Notes: generated from the sequence alone by a model not told the origin. 64,000 nt of DNA from Candidatus Latescibacterota bacterium (GCA_965208125.1 OZ242320.1:3616001-3680000); one strand, 5' to 3'; counted from the first letter of the stretch, positions 28,544 through 38,677 are shown. Made by a program: numbers and translations.

Positions 28544-29269
28544 TCATTTGTAAAGGTCGAATGTCTCAATAAATTGGGCAATAGATTCTGGCACGAGATC
28601 TGTGATAGGATCTCCTGCTCGGATGCGTTTGCGTACTTCGGTAGAGGAAATATTGCCAAAGGAAGGGGGTAGTTGAAGAGGGTGTACGCGGTTCGCAAAA
28701 GGCGCGCATTCAGGGCGTGACATAAATCTGTGAAAGACTTCCCGCGAAGGATTTTCGCGGTTGGCAGATACAATGTGGCACAGTGAAAATAGCACTTTGA
28801 GTTCGGCGGGCATGTCGGTGTAATAGCGCGGGTCAAAGATGCGTATCAGGGTGTCGTGTCCGACGAGAAAGTAGATTTGGGCGTTGGATGAAAAATGTGC
28901 TCTGAGTGCGTGTGCTTTGTCGATAAAGCGGGCATGGCTACATCCCGCAATTGACAGGCAGGTGTCCAATTGGGTATCAGAATTCGCGTAATTGACCATC
29001 ATGGCGAGGCGTTGGCTCAGGTCTGCACCAAAGAGGGCTTTATCGACATTGGTTTTGGCGAGGAGGAGGACGATTTCGTCAAAGTTAAAAGCATTTTGTG
29101 CATGGCGTACAAGTGCCTTATGGGCAAGGGTAAGCGGATTGAAGGATGCGTCGAGTACCCCGATATGCTTGGGTTGCCGAGGTGCGACTCGATGTACAAA
29201 TCGCACCACAGGGGGACTTTGGGGATCAAGGCTATCCATGAGGATGCGGTAGTTTTCAAGGGTGTTCAT
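28544..29269 (-). CDS. Nicotinate/nicotinamide-nucleotide adenylyltransferase-like (Pof1-type)
   Basis: LDASFNPLTLAH, GHDTLIRIFDPRYY, ISSTEVR. Confidence 0.82.
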   Translation of the reverse strand: MNTLENYRILMDSLDPQSPPVVRFVHRVAPRQPKHIGVLDASFNPLTLAHKALVRHAQNAFNFDEIVLLLAKTNVDKALFGADLSQRLAMMVNYANSDTQLDTCLSIAGCSHARFIDKAHALRAHFSSNAQIYFLVGHDTLIRIFDPRYYTDMPAELKVLFSLCHIVSANRENPSREVFHRFMSRPECAPFANRVHPLQLPPSFGNISSTEVRKRIRAGDPITDLVPESIAQFIETFDLYK

Positions 29270-29364
29270 GATGAGGAAAATTTATGTTAGAGGCAGGTGG
29301 GGGGCAAGTATAAATAGCGATTAGTCCAGATAACCTATCGCCGAAATGCATGAGGATATCATAA

Positions 29365-30117
29365 ATGATTTACCGATTGTTTTTAATGGTTCTTGTCATT
29401 CTGTTTGCCAATCCCGTTGTGCCGTTGGCATCTGAGCAAGATGTGGAATCTATTGTGAGAAAAATTGACGCGCTCTACCGCAGCAAAACCAGCGTGGCGG
29501 ATATGGAGATGCAGATTGTTACGCCACACTGGGAACGCACGTTGTTGATGAGGGTGTGGACAAAGGGAATGGATAAGACTTTCATCCGCATTGACGCACC
29601 CAAAAAGGAAAAGGGCGTTACAACGCTGCGCATCGGCAACGAGATGTGGAATTATCTTCCAAAGACCAACAAGGTGATAAAGGTGCCGCCATCGATGATG
29701 ATGGGGTCGTGGATGGGGTCGGATTTTACGAATGATGACCTCGTCAAAGAGTCGTCAATGCTCAACGATTATATCTACGATTTGATTGTGCCGGATGACG
29801 CGGAACCGGGTCATCTTTACATTCGGTTCATTCCGAAGGAAGATTCTCCGATTGTTTGGGGCAGGCTCATCACGGCTGTGCGGGTAGATGATCTGATTCC
29901 GGTGTGGCAACATTTCTATGATGAGAAGGGCAATTTGATGCGGGTCTTGAATTTCAAAGAGATTGTGTCGTTCGGCGGCAAGACGATTCCAACTTTGATG
30001 GAGATGATCCCCCAGAACAAGGACAGGCACAAAACCGTTATGCGTTATCTCAAGGCCGAATTTGATGTGCAGATAGATGACGATGTATTCACGCGGCGCA
30101 ATCTTCAGAGAAAATGA
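29365..30117 (+). CDS. LolA-like outer-membrane lipoprotein-sorting protein
   Basis: Signal peptide, MWNYLP, SWMGSDFTNDDL, FTRRNL. Confidence 0.85.
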   Translation: MIYRLFLMVLVILFANPVVPLASEQDVESIVRKIDALYRSKTSVADMEMQIVTPHWERTLLMRVWTKGMDKTFIRIDAPKKEKGVTTLRIGNEMWNYLPKTNKVIKVPPSMMMGSWMGSDFTNDDLVKESSMLNDYIYDLIVPDDAEPGHLYIRFIPKEDSPIVWGRLITAVRVDDLIPVWQHFYDEKGNLMRVLNFKEIVSFGGKTIPTLMEMIPQNKDRHKTVMRYLKAEFDVQIDDDVFTRRNLQRK

Positions 30118-31331
30118 CGATGCTCAAAATGGCATTTCGCAATATCTTTCGTCAAAGACGGCGCACTGTGTTGACTGCGCTTGCAATGATCGTGGGGTTC
30201 ACGCTTTCGTCGGTCTTTATCGGCTGGTCAGATGGCGCGTATTCAGATATTATTTCGATGTTCACGCGGAATCGCATCGGGCATATTCAGGTGCATCGAG
30301 CGGGCTACCTCGACAAGCCGTCGCTTTACGATGTGATCGACAGTTATGAATCCATTGGAGAAAAGATTGCCGGTGTTGCTGGCGTTGAGGCGTGGACGCC
30401 GCGCATCTATTCGGCGGGGCTCGGTTCGGTGGGCGATAAGACGATGGGGGTGCAAATCATCGGCGTAGATGTGGAGCGCGAGGTGAAAGCCACGCGGTTT
30501 GATCGGAAGATCACCAGTGGGGCGATATTTTCAGAGACTGCCACGGGCGAAGCGGTTCTCGGTGTTGGGCTGGCGCGCATCCTGAAGACGGATGTTGGTC
30601 GCGAAATTGTGCTCGTCACACAGGGCACGGATGGTGCTATTGCCAATGATTTGTACACAATTATCGGTATAGCAGAAAGCGGCGACAAAGCGACTGATCG
30701 GATGGCGTGCTATCTTCATATCGATGACGCGCAGGATTTGCTCGTACTCAATGGGCGGGTTCATGAAATCGCTGTGATCGTCGAGGCGTTGGATCGCGTC
30801 CCCAAAATTACCGCGGAGATTGAGGTGCGGCTCAACGACACAACGCTCGAGGTGTCGCCGTGGCAGGTCGTCGCCAAATCATTTTATCGCGCGATGCAGG
30901 CCGATAGACAGGGCGATCTTATTGGACGCATGATTATTATGCTGATTGTCGCCATTGGCGTGCTGAACACGGTTCTGATGTCGGTGCTGGAGCGCACGCG
31001 AGAGTACGGTGTGTTGAAAGCGATGGGAACAAAACCGAGTCAGATCTTCGGAGTGGTGGTGGCTGAGGTGACGTTTATCGCGCTTGGTAGCATTTTTATT
31101 GGTGCATTGTTCGGTGCGGGTCTCAACTATTGGCTGTCTATCTATGGCATCTCACTGCCGCAAGAGTTTTCCTATGGCGGTATTGTGTTTCAGACGATGT
31201 ACGCTGCGGTCACTGTGCGAAGTCTTGTAATTCCCGCAGTTACGGTCCTTGTCTCGGCAATTTTGGTCAGCCTGTTTCCCGCGCTGAGAGCAGCGCGAAT
31301 TGCCCCGGCCAACGCGATGAGAACGCATTAG
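30114..31331 (+). CDS. ABC transporter permease (LolC/E, FtsX-like)
   Basis: AFRNIFRQRRRT, SVLERTREYGVLKAMG. Confidence 0.9.
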   Translation: MTMLKMAFRNIFRQRRRTVLTALAMIVGFTLSSVFIGWSDGAYSDIISMFTRNRIGHIQVHRAGYLDKPSLYDVIDSYESIGEKIAGVAGVEAWTPRIYSAGLGSVGDKTMGVQIIGVDVEREVKATRFDRKITSGAIFSETATGEAVLGVGLARILKTDVGREIVLVTQGTDGAIANDLYTIIGIAESGDKATDRMACYLHIDDAQDLLVLNGRVHEIAVIVEALDRVPKITAEIEVRLNDTTLEVSPWQVVAKSFYRAMQADRQGDLIGRMIIMLIVAIGVLNTVLMSVLERTREYGVLKAMGTKPSQIFGVVVAEVTFIALGSIFIGALFGAGLNYWLSIYGISLPQEFSYGGIVFQTMYAAVTVRSLVIPAVTVLVSAILVSLFPALRAARIAPANAMRTH

Positions 31332-31336
31332 GAACT

Positions 31337-32566
31337 ATGTCCTGGATACTGATAAAGCTCGCGTGGAAGAATCTCTTTCGACATAAACGCCGCTCCGTCA
31401 TAGCTGCAACAGCTATGGGAATTGGACTTGCTGCACTTATCTTTGCCGATGCACTCTGGTTGGGGATGGAGCAGAACATGGTCAAAACGGCGACGGCGTC
31501 ATTTCTGGGAGATGGCCAGATTCATCGGGAGGGGTTTTCCGACGAGCAAGCAGTTGAGTTGACGATTAACCATCTCGATGCGGTGGTAGCCAATCTTCGG
31601 CGGGAAGGTATCGTGGCGCACTTCACCTTGCGGACGTTCGCCTTTGGTATGATAACTTCACCTGCAACTGTTGCGGCGGTCAATCTCGTGGGCGTCGAAC
31701 CATCTACCGAGCAGTATCTGTCTCAAATTGACGATGCGATTGTTGAAGGCGCGTTTTTTGAGGGGGCAAATCCGCGGGACATTGTCATCGGTGAGGAACT
31801 CGTGGAACGCCTTGAGGTGGGGTTAAACGATAGGGTTGTCGTGACGATGGCGCAAGCCGGGAGCGGCGATCTCTCGCAGGAGATGTTCCGCGTTTCTGGA
31901 ATTTATCGTTTTGCCGACGAGGGGATGAACAGCGGCATGGCGTTTATTCGATTGGAGAAGGCGCAGCAGATGCTCGCTCTCGGCGCAGGAGCGCACGAGA
32001 TCGCACTGAAGTTCATTGATTCAATATCTGCGGAGGATCAGAGTCTGCTGTTTTGGAAAACTTATTCGCAAGGTGGAAACAAAGCGCGCAGTTGGACAGA
32101 GGTTTTGCCAGAGGTTCAAGCGATGTTCGAGATGTCGAAGTTCAGCAAGTACATTATGGGCTTTGTGCTGTTTGGCGTGGTTGTTTTTGGCATTGTCAAT
32201 ACGCTGTTTATGTCGCTTTACGAACGGATGTTTGAATTTGGCGTGTTGCGCGCAATTGGCACGCGTCCGTTTGGCATGGCGCGGCTGATTCTGTTTGAGG
32301 CAGGAGCATTGGCAGTTCTGGGTATTATTTTGGGTACGATTTTTGGATTCTGTGTCACTTTGATTTTTTCAACGATTGGCATTGACTACACGGGGATCGA
32401 GATGATGGGTATCACCATGCAGGAGTTGATCTATCCGGAGATGCGCATTCAACCATTCATTTTTTATTCGATCTGGATCTTTGTTTTTACAATTATCGCG
32501 GGGCTGTACCCGGCGCGATATGCAGCGAAGATGTCTGCGGCGACGGCGATGCGAAGGAGTTTTTGA
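31337..32566 (+). CDS. ABC transporter permease (LolC/E, FtsX-like)
   Basis: AWKNLFRHKRRS, SLYERMFEFGVLRAIG. Confidence 0.9.
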   Translation: MSWILIKLAWKNLFRHKRRSVIAATAMGIGLAALIFADALWLGMEQNMVKTATASFLGDGQIHREGFSDEQAVELTINHLDAVVANLRREGIVAHFTLRTFAFGMITSPATVAAVNLVGVEPSTEQYLSQIDDAIVEGAFFEGANPRDIVIGEELVERLEVGLNDRVVVTMAQAGSGDLSQEMFRVSGIYRFADEGMNSGMAFIRLEKAQQMLALGAGAHEIALKFIDSISAEDQSLLFWKTYSQGGNKARSWTEVLPEVQAMFEMSKFSKYIMGFVLFGVVVFGIVNTLFMSLYERMFEFGVLRAIGTRPFGMARLILFEAGALAVLGIILGTIFGFCVTLIFSTIGIDYTGIEMMGITMQELIYPEMRIQPFIFYSIWIFVFTIIAGLYPARYAAKMSAATAMRRSF

Positions 32567-32584
32567 AGGAGGGAGATATCCGCG

Positions 32585-33274
32585 GTGCCTGTGATTGTGA
32601 CAGAAGGGGTGACCAGAGTTTATTCAGACGGTGGCGTGCCCGTTCACGCCTTGCGCGGGATTGATCTGTCCATCGAGCATAGTGAATTTGCAGCGTTGGT
32701 TGGGCCGTCTGGGTCGGGGAAGACGACTTTGCTCAATATCATCTCCGGGCTGGATGCACCAACGGATGGTAAGATATGGCTCAATGGTAAACTTTTGTCG
32801 CGCATGAGCGGTAATGCGCTTTCGGATTTTCGGCGAGACAATATCGGTTTTGTCTTTCAAGCGTATAATTTGATTCCGGTGCTGACCGTTGAGGAGAATA
32901 TTGAATACATTATGCTCCTGCAAAAGGTGCCCAAATCCGAACGGCACAAGCGCGTGCTGGCGATACTGGAGGAGGTGGGATTGGGCGGGATGGCGAGTCG
33001 CAAGCCGACGCAACTTTCGGGTGGGCAGCAACAGCGGGTCGCGATTGCGCGGGCCATGGTGTCTCAGCCAGCGATTATTCTGGCGGATGAACCGACGGCG
33101 AATCTCGATTCAAAGATCGGTGCAGAGTTGCTCGATATGATGTATCGGCTCAATACGCAGACTGGAATGACATTTATTTTTTCCACGCACGACCCGATGG
33201 TGATGGCGCGCGCGCGACGGCTGATTACGCTGAAAGACGGAGAGATTGAGCGCGATGAGGTAGGGGCACTATGA
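32585..33274 (+). CDS. ABC transporter ATP-binding protein (LolD-like)
   Basis: GPSGSGKT, LSGGQQQR, LADEPT. Confidence 0.95.
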   Translation: MPVIVTEGVTRVYSDGGVPVHALRGIDLSIEHSEFAALVGPSGSGKTTLLNIISGLDAPTDGKIWLNGKLLSRMSGNALSDFRRDNIGFVFQAYNLIPVLTVEENIEYIMLLQKVPKSERHKRVLAILEEVGLGGMASRKPTQLSGGQQQRVAIARAMVSQPAIILADEPTANLDSKIGAELLDMMYRLNTQTGMTFIFSTHDPMVMARARRLITLKDGEIERDEVGAL

Positions 33275-34458
33275 GATGGGTTATTGGAGCAATGATTGTG
33301 CTTTTGCCACAAGCTGTCACATCTGCACAACTGAGCGGTTTTTACAAGAGTTTTTCCGTCGCCTTTGATTCGCCACAGGTGGGTGTTCCTGTGAAGGGTA
33401 TGGTGAGTAATCGGCTGCGGCTTAGTCTCGCCAATTCGATTAGCGAGCACTTGTCGTTTGATTTCGCCTACGACTTTATCCTGCGTATTCAGGATCCATT
33501 GCTATTTGAGAACCGGGTGGAAGTCGCCACCATTGATCTGTACGATTATCGCGTTGTCGATCTGGAGTCGTCTGTTTATCCCGGCGACAATGATTTCGGT
33601 GGTAGCGTTGGCGTGTTTCAAAACCTCGACCGGGCCAGTGTGACAGCGCGTTTGTCATTTGCAGATGTGATTGTCGGACGTCAGGCGATTGCGTGGGGAA
33701 GTGCGCGGGTCGTCAATCCGACGGATATGATCGCGCCGTTTACCTATAGCGAATTGGATACGGAAGACCGCTCTGGTGTCGATGCCGTGCGCGTGCGCGT
33801 CCCGATTGGAGCACTAAGCGAAGTCGATGCAGGGTATGTGTTTGGGCGAGACTTCGCGGTTGATCGGAGCGCGTTTTTTGTTCGCGGTCAATTCAATGCG
33901 GTGGAGACCGATGTGTCGCCGATGCTCGTCCGTTTCCGCGAGCAGTTGCTTGTTGGTATTGATGTCGCGCGTGGCGTTGGAAGTGTTGGCACATGGATAG
34001 AGGGGGCCCGCGTTTTTACGATGGAGCAGGATGACGCGATTGGCGACTATTTTCGCGTATCTACGGGCATGGATTACAGTTTTGGTGGCGAGACTTATGG
34101 ATTCATCGAATACCACTTCAACGGAGCAGGGGTGCGCGACCCTGAAGATTATCTCGTCAACCTAAATCGCTCGGCATATCGCGACGCTGCTGTTTATCTT
34201 ATGGGCACCCACTACTTCGCGCTCGGTATCACCCATCAACTCACGCCACTGGTCGCGTCGAGCGGGCAGTTTCTCGCCAATATCACTGATCCGTCGTTCT
34301 TTTTTTCTTCTGTTATAGAATACAATATTGAGCAGGATTTTTATCTTTCTGCTGGTGCGTTTATCGGCGTTGGTGATCGACCGCAAGATGGACAATTTCA
34401 ATCTGAGTTCGGCGGGTATTCCAATATTCTGTTTTTTGCGTTCCGTATTTACTTCTGA
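33271..34458 (+). CDS. Putative outer-membrane beta-barrel protein
   Basis: Signal peptide, alternating beta strands, GRQAIAWG, C-terminal aromatic residue (RIYF). Confidence 0.7.
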   Translation: MRWVIGAMIVLLPQAVTSAQLSGFYKSFSVAFDSPQVGVPVKGMVSNRLRLSLANSISEHLSFDFAYDFILRIQDPLLFENRVEVATIDLYDYRVVDLESSVYPGDNDFGGSVGVFQNLDRASVTARLSFADVIVGRQAIAWGSARVVNPTDMIAPFTYSELDTEDRSGVDAVRVRVPIGALSEVDAGYVFGRDFAVDRSAFFVRGQFNAVETDVSPMLVRFREQLLVGIDVARGVGSVGTWIEGARVFTMEQDDAIGDYFRVSTGMDYSFGGETYGFIEYHFNGAGVRDPEDYLVNLNRSAYRDAAVYLMGTHYFALGITHQLTPLVASSGQFLANITDPSFFFSSVIEYNIEQDFYLSAGAFIGVGDRPQDGQFQSEFGGYSNILFFAFRIYF

Positions 34459-34570
34459 CGCAATTCAGACTTTGATCATTTTTCTTGACTTCACCTTCAC
34501 TACGCGTTTTCATATCAGCGTAGCTGAGACAACAGATAACAGTTTTTTTATTTTAATAGGAGGTAGCGCA

Positions 34571-35434
34571 ATGCATGTGGGTATGCGAATCCCGCCGATG
34601 GGGCGGGAGATGGGGTTGGAGGGCATTATTCAATGGGCAGCAGAAAATGGCTTGGGGTCAATTGATCTGCCAGAAGTAGATGCTGAAATTCGCAAGATGT
34701 GTGATAGTGCTGAGATTGGGATTGGCACTGTGGATTGGGGGGCAGGCGGTGGGTTGTTGAGCAAAGATGACGGTGTGCGAGAAGACGCTGTGGCCGCGAT
34801 GAAAGCGCGGATTCAGGCGGTTGGCGAATACGGTTCAGGGGTGATTTTTTTGTGTTTGGCTCCAGACGACCGATTGCAAGCGCGAGCCGAAACCTTTGAG
34901 GTGTTTAAGCAGGTCTATCCAGGGATTGTGAAAGAGGCAGAAGCGCACGAGGTTTTTCTCGCGATTGAACCATGGCCTGGTCCGGCACCAGCATACCCGA
35001 ATTTGGGTTGTACGCCCGAGACCTTGCGAGCAGTTTTTGAGGTTGTTCCATCACCCAATCTGGGTATTTGTTACGATCCGTCGCATTTTGCGCGCATTGG
35101 CGTCGATTACAAGCGGGTATTGATGGAGTTTGGCAATCGGGTGCGGCATGTGCATGCAAAGGATACCGAGTTGTTGGCGGATGGGCTGTACGAGTTTGGC
35201 TGTTTGGGCCAATCGTTTGGTCAGCGCTACGGTTATGGCGAGGGGTGGTGGCGTTATTGCATTCCGGGATGGGGTGTGGTGGATTGGAAATGGGTGATTG
35301 CGCGTCTGGAGGAATTGAGCTATGACGGGCCGTTGGCCATTGAATTGGAAGACCACCGCTACAGCGGCAGCGCCGAAAAGAATGCAGCGGGTATTTTGGC
35401 TGCGAAAAGCTATCTCGAAGATATTTTGGGATAA
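34571..35434 (+). CDS. Sugar phosphate isomerase/epimerase (TIM barrel)
   Basis: AIEPW, YDPSH, HVHAKD, PGWGVVDW, AIELE. AGGAGG RBS. Confidence 0.88.
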   Translation: MHVGMRIPPMGREMGLEGIIQWAAENGLGSIDLPEVDAEIRKMCDSAEIGIGTVDWGAGGGLLSKDDGVREDAVAAMKARIQAVGEYGSGVIFLCLAPDDRLQARAETFEVFKQVYPGIVKEAEAHEVFLAIEPWPGPAPAYPNLGCTPETLRAVFEVVPSPNLGICYDPSHFARIGVDYKRVLMEFGNRVRHVHAKDTELLADGLYEFGCLGQSFGQRYGYGEGWWRYCIPGWGVVDWKWVIARLEELSYDGPLAIELEDHRYSGSAEKNAAGILAAKSYLEDILG

Positions 35435-35456
35435 ACCGCTCGGTATTGAGCAAGAC

Positions 35457-35499
35457 AAAGCCCCCATAAGCGATGTACTGTGGGGGCTTTTTGTTTTTT
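35457..35499. terminator. Terminator between convergent genes
   Basis: aaagcccccata...tgtgggggcttt followed by a T tail. Confidence 0.8.
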
Positions 35500-35507
35500 A
35501 AGCAGTA

Positions 35508-36395
35508 CTACTCCGATAGGGCACGTTTCATTGTTGCGCCCATTTCGGCGGGGCTTTCGCATACGTGAATGCCGGCTTCTTGAAGCGCGGCCATTTTGTC
35601 GGCGGCGGTGCCCTGTCCGCCGGAGATAATCGCGCCCGCATGCCCCATGCGCCGTCCCGGAGGTGCTGTTTGGCCCGCGATAAAACTGACCACGGGTTTG
35701 TCAAAGTGCGCTTTGACATAAGCGGCGGCTTCTTCTTCTGCGGTACCGCCAATTTCCCCGATCATGATGACGGCGTCTGTGTCGGGGTCGTCCTTGAAGA
35801 GCGCGAGGCAGTCTGTAAAGGTAGTGCCGATGATGGGATCGCCGCCAATGCCTACACACGACGATTGACCAAAGCCGCTGTCGGTGAGTTGCGAGACCGC
35901 TTCATAGGTGAGCGTGCCGCTGCGCGAAATGACACCAATGCGACCTTCGCGGTGAATGGCGCCGGGCATAATGCCAATTTTGCACTTGCCCGGAGAAATC
36001 AGGCCCGGACAATTGGGGCCGATCAAGCGCGTGTTTTTATCGGCCAGATAGTGTTTGGCTTTTAGCATGTCGAGCACGGGTATGTTCTCAGAGATGCAAA
36101 CGACCAGAGGCAGGTCTGCATCGGCCGCTTCCATGATGGTGTCGGCTGCAAAGGGCGCGGGAACAAAATTGGCCGATGCCGTGGCACCTGTTTCTTCTAC
36201 GGCATTGGATACAGTATCAAAAACGGGTATGCCAACCACGCTCTCGCCGCCTTTGCCCGCGTTGACCACGCCGACGACTTGCGTGCCGTAATCTACCATT
36301 TGTTCCAGGTGAAATCGCGCTTCGCCGCCCATCGCTCTGCTGCTGGAAAAGCTCTGGACGATCACGCGGGTGTTGTTGTCAATGAGGATGCTCAT
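35508..36395 (-). CDS. sucD: Succinyl-CoA synthetase alpha subunit
   Basis: [34 protein letters not shown]. Confidence 0.96.
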   Translation of the reverse strand: MSILIDNNTRVIVQSFSSSRAMGGEARFHLEQMVDYGTQVVGVVNAGKGGESVVGIPVFDTVSNAVEETGATASANFVPAPFAADTIMEAADADLPLVVCISENIPVLDMLKAKHYLADKNTRLIGPNCPGLISPGKCKIGIMPGAIHREGRIGVISRSGTLTYEAVSQLTDSGFGQSSCVGIGGDPIIGTTFTDCLALFKDDPDTDAVIMIGEIGGTAEEEAAAYVKAHFDKPVVSFIAGQTAPPGRRMGHAGAIISGGQGTAADKMAALQEAGIHVCESPAEMGATMKRALSE

Positions 36396-36413
36396 AAAAT
36401 CTCCAGTGTTCGG

Positions 36414-37094
36414 TTACTCAAGCGTTCGTTCTTCGATTGTGCCATCTGTTTTGCCGATGATGATACGGTCTGTAAGTCCTATAAAAAGGCCGCATTCGAC
36501 CACGCCGCATAAGGCGTTGATTTTTGCTTCGAGCGCGGGCGGGTCGTCAATGCGACCAAAATCGCAATCGATGATGTAATTGCCGTTGTCTGTGACAAAA
36601 GGCGCGTTGTCCTGTGCGTTGCGAAGTGTGGGATGACAGCCCAGGTCAGCGAGCAGGCGTTGTATGGCTTGCCAACCAAATGGGATGACTTCAACGGGCA
36701 AGGGAAAAGCCCCAAGATGCACCACTGGTTTGGATTCGTCGGCGACGATGATTTCTCTGTCGGATAGAGAGGCGACGATTTTTTCTCGCAAAAGCGCGCC
36801 GCCACCACCCTTTATAAGATTAAAGTCCGGGTCAAATTCATCTGCGCCGTCAATGGTAAGGTCAATGCGGGTGACTTTGGCGAAGTCGATGAGTGGTATA
36901 TTTTCAGATTCCGCCTGAATGCGCGATTGTTCTGAGGTGGGTATGCCGCATATATCGAGTCCTTCAGCGATGCGCTGGCCGAGTTTTTGGATTGCAAAAA
37001 AAGCCGTTGATCCCGTTCCCAGACCGACGACCATGCCATCTTCGACATATTCGGCAGCCCGTTCTCCTGCTAATTGCTTGGGGTTAATTGTCAT
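36414..37094 (-). CDS. rpiA: Ribose-5-phosphate isomerase A
   Basis: GLGTGST, DGADE, KGGGGALLREK, TDNGN. Confidence 0.96.
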   Translation of the reverse strand: MTINPKQLAGERAAEYVEDGMVVGLGTGSTAFFAIQKLGQRIAEGLDICGIPTSEQSRIQAESENIPLIDFAKVTRIDLTIDGADEFDPDFNLIKGGGGALLREKIVASLSDREIIVADESKPVVHLGAFPLPVEVIPFGWQAIQRLLADLGCHPTLRNAQDNAPFVTDNGNYIIDCDFGRIDDPPALEAKINALCGVVECGLFIGLTDRIIIGKTDGTIEERTLE

Positions 37095-37268
37095 ATCTAT
37101 TCCATCCTTACGCAATAAAAACAAGCGAAAGATAAACGGAAGATAGTGATTTGGCAATGATTTTGACTCAGACAGGCACGGTATTTTTCTGTTTATTTTT
37201 TTTAGAAATTGTCATACTCTATCAAATAGGCAGGACAAAGTTGAATATGATTAAATTCGGAGAAGAAG

Positions 37269-38105
37269 ATGGCTTATCGCACACTGGAAGATTTTTTTGG
37301 TGATATTGTGGGGAAAGCGCGTCGGGGACAGGGGATTTCGGAATCGGAACTGGCGCAACAGGTGGGGCTGAGTGTTCGAGAAATCGGGCAAATAGAATCG
37401 TACGAGTTGACACCTGACGATCAGACCATTTGCCGACTTGCAGACGCTCTTCATCTCGATGGCGAAAAATTGGCGGAGGTGGCGCGTGGATGGGTGCCAA
37501 CGCAGGGCAATGCGGCGTTTGAAGACGAGAATATGCGGGTTGATCGATTGATTCTCGATGCGGGCATGACAGTGAATTGTTATGTGCTAATATGCAAGAC
37601 ATCGGGCAAAGGAGCTGTGGTTGATCCCGGTGGGCAGGCGCAGTTGATTTTGAATGCGATTGCCGATGTACAGGTGACGCACATTTTGCTCACACACGGA
37701 CACGGCGATCACGTTGGGGCACTCGAAGCAGTTGCCGAGGCGACACGGGCACAGGTATGTGGTTGCGAGCGCGATTTTGGGTTGATGGGAGGGCGCAGTC
37801 AGCGGGTGACTGAACGCGTGGATGAAGGGTGGCAAACAGCGATTGGCGAACTCGGTATTGATACGGTGAGTTTGCCCGGGCACACGGGCGGAGGCATTGG
37901 GTATTATACCGCACCTGTGTTTTTTTCGGGCGACGCGCTATTTGCGGGTTCTCTGGGAGGGGCGAGGGGTGATGCCTACCGCGGGCAAATTCAGGCTGTG
38001 CGTGCGAAGGTGCTCTCTCTGCCTGGAGAAACGACGATTTTTCCCGGTCATGGTCCGATTACGTCTGTAGCGCAAGAACTGGCGCACAATCCCTATTTTG
38101 TTTGA
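37269..38105 (+). CDS. XRE-type HTH fused to metallo-beta-lactamase-fold hydrolase
   Basis: N-terminal ARRGQGISESELAQQVGLSVREIGQIE; then THGHGDH, PGHT, SGDALF, PGHG. Confidence 0.85.
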   Translation: MAYRTLEDFFGDIVGKARRGQGISESELAQQVGLSVREIGQIESYELTPDDQTICRLADALHLDGEKLAEVARGWVPTQGNAAFEDENMRVDRLILDAGMTVNCYVLICKTSGKGAVVDPGGQAQLILNAIADVQVTHILLTHGHGDHVGALEAVAEATRAQVCGCERDFGLMGGRSQRVTERVDEGWQTAIGELGIDTVSLPGHTGGGIGYYTAPVFFSGDALFAGSLGGARGDAYRGQIQAVRAKVLSLPGETTIFPGHGPITSVAQELAHNPYFV

Positions 38106-38123
38106 GATGGATCCGGGGACTTT

Positions 38124-38321
38124 TTATTCTTGCTCGGATGCCTGGGTTTCAACCCATTGTCCAATGGCCTGGCGAATGGATTCGACTGCGGCTTTTTTGC
38201 GCTCAAGGCGGTCAATATGCACGCGTAGCTGGTCAATTTGTGCGTCGATGTCTTGAAGTTCACCATTTGCTGCTTCAAGTGCTTGTTGATACAGGGGTTC
38301 GCTATGGGTCGGTTCTGCCAT
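38124..38321 (-). CDS. Small coiled-coil hypothetical protein
   Basis: AAGGAG RBS upstream; heptad pattern LQDIDAQIDQLRVHIDRLE. Confidence 0.65.
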   Translation of the reverse strand: MAEPTHSEPLYQQALEAANGELQDIDAQIDQLRVHIDRLERKKAAVESIRQAIGQWVETQASEQE

Positions 38322-38451
38322 GAATTAAGCTCCTTGTAGTATAAGAAATGAAGTATGCGATTCAGCTAAACATAACCTGTGTGGCCTTGTGTCGTCAAGC
38401 GCGAAAAAGTCCGCTTGCTGTTGGTTTGTGAAAGTGGTGTATTTTTTGTCT

Positions 38452-38477
38452 TTACAACCCGTTACAATTTATTACAA
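38452..38477. promoter_or_regulatory. Three TTACAA direct repeats at 10-bp period (putative transcription-factor site)
   Basis: ttacaa at 38452, 38462 and 38472 in a divergent intergenic region. Confidence 0.5.
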
Positions 38478-38677
38478 CTTTCATGGGAACGAAGAGGTTC
38501 TGCCAGTTGTTTAATGCCGTAAATACTGATTCTTAGAGATATGCAACTTTCTTTTGATTCACGCATTTAAAAAAAGTAGTAAATTCCAATATATAACGAG
38601 CTTTGGGAGTATGTCAGCACTGTTTTACAAGGATAAGGATATTTCTCAAAGTTGATTACGTCGCAAAGGAGCTAAAC

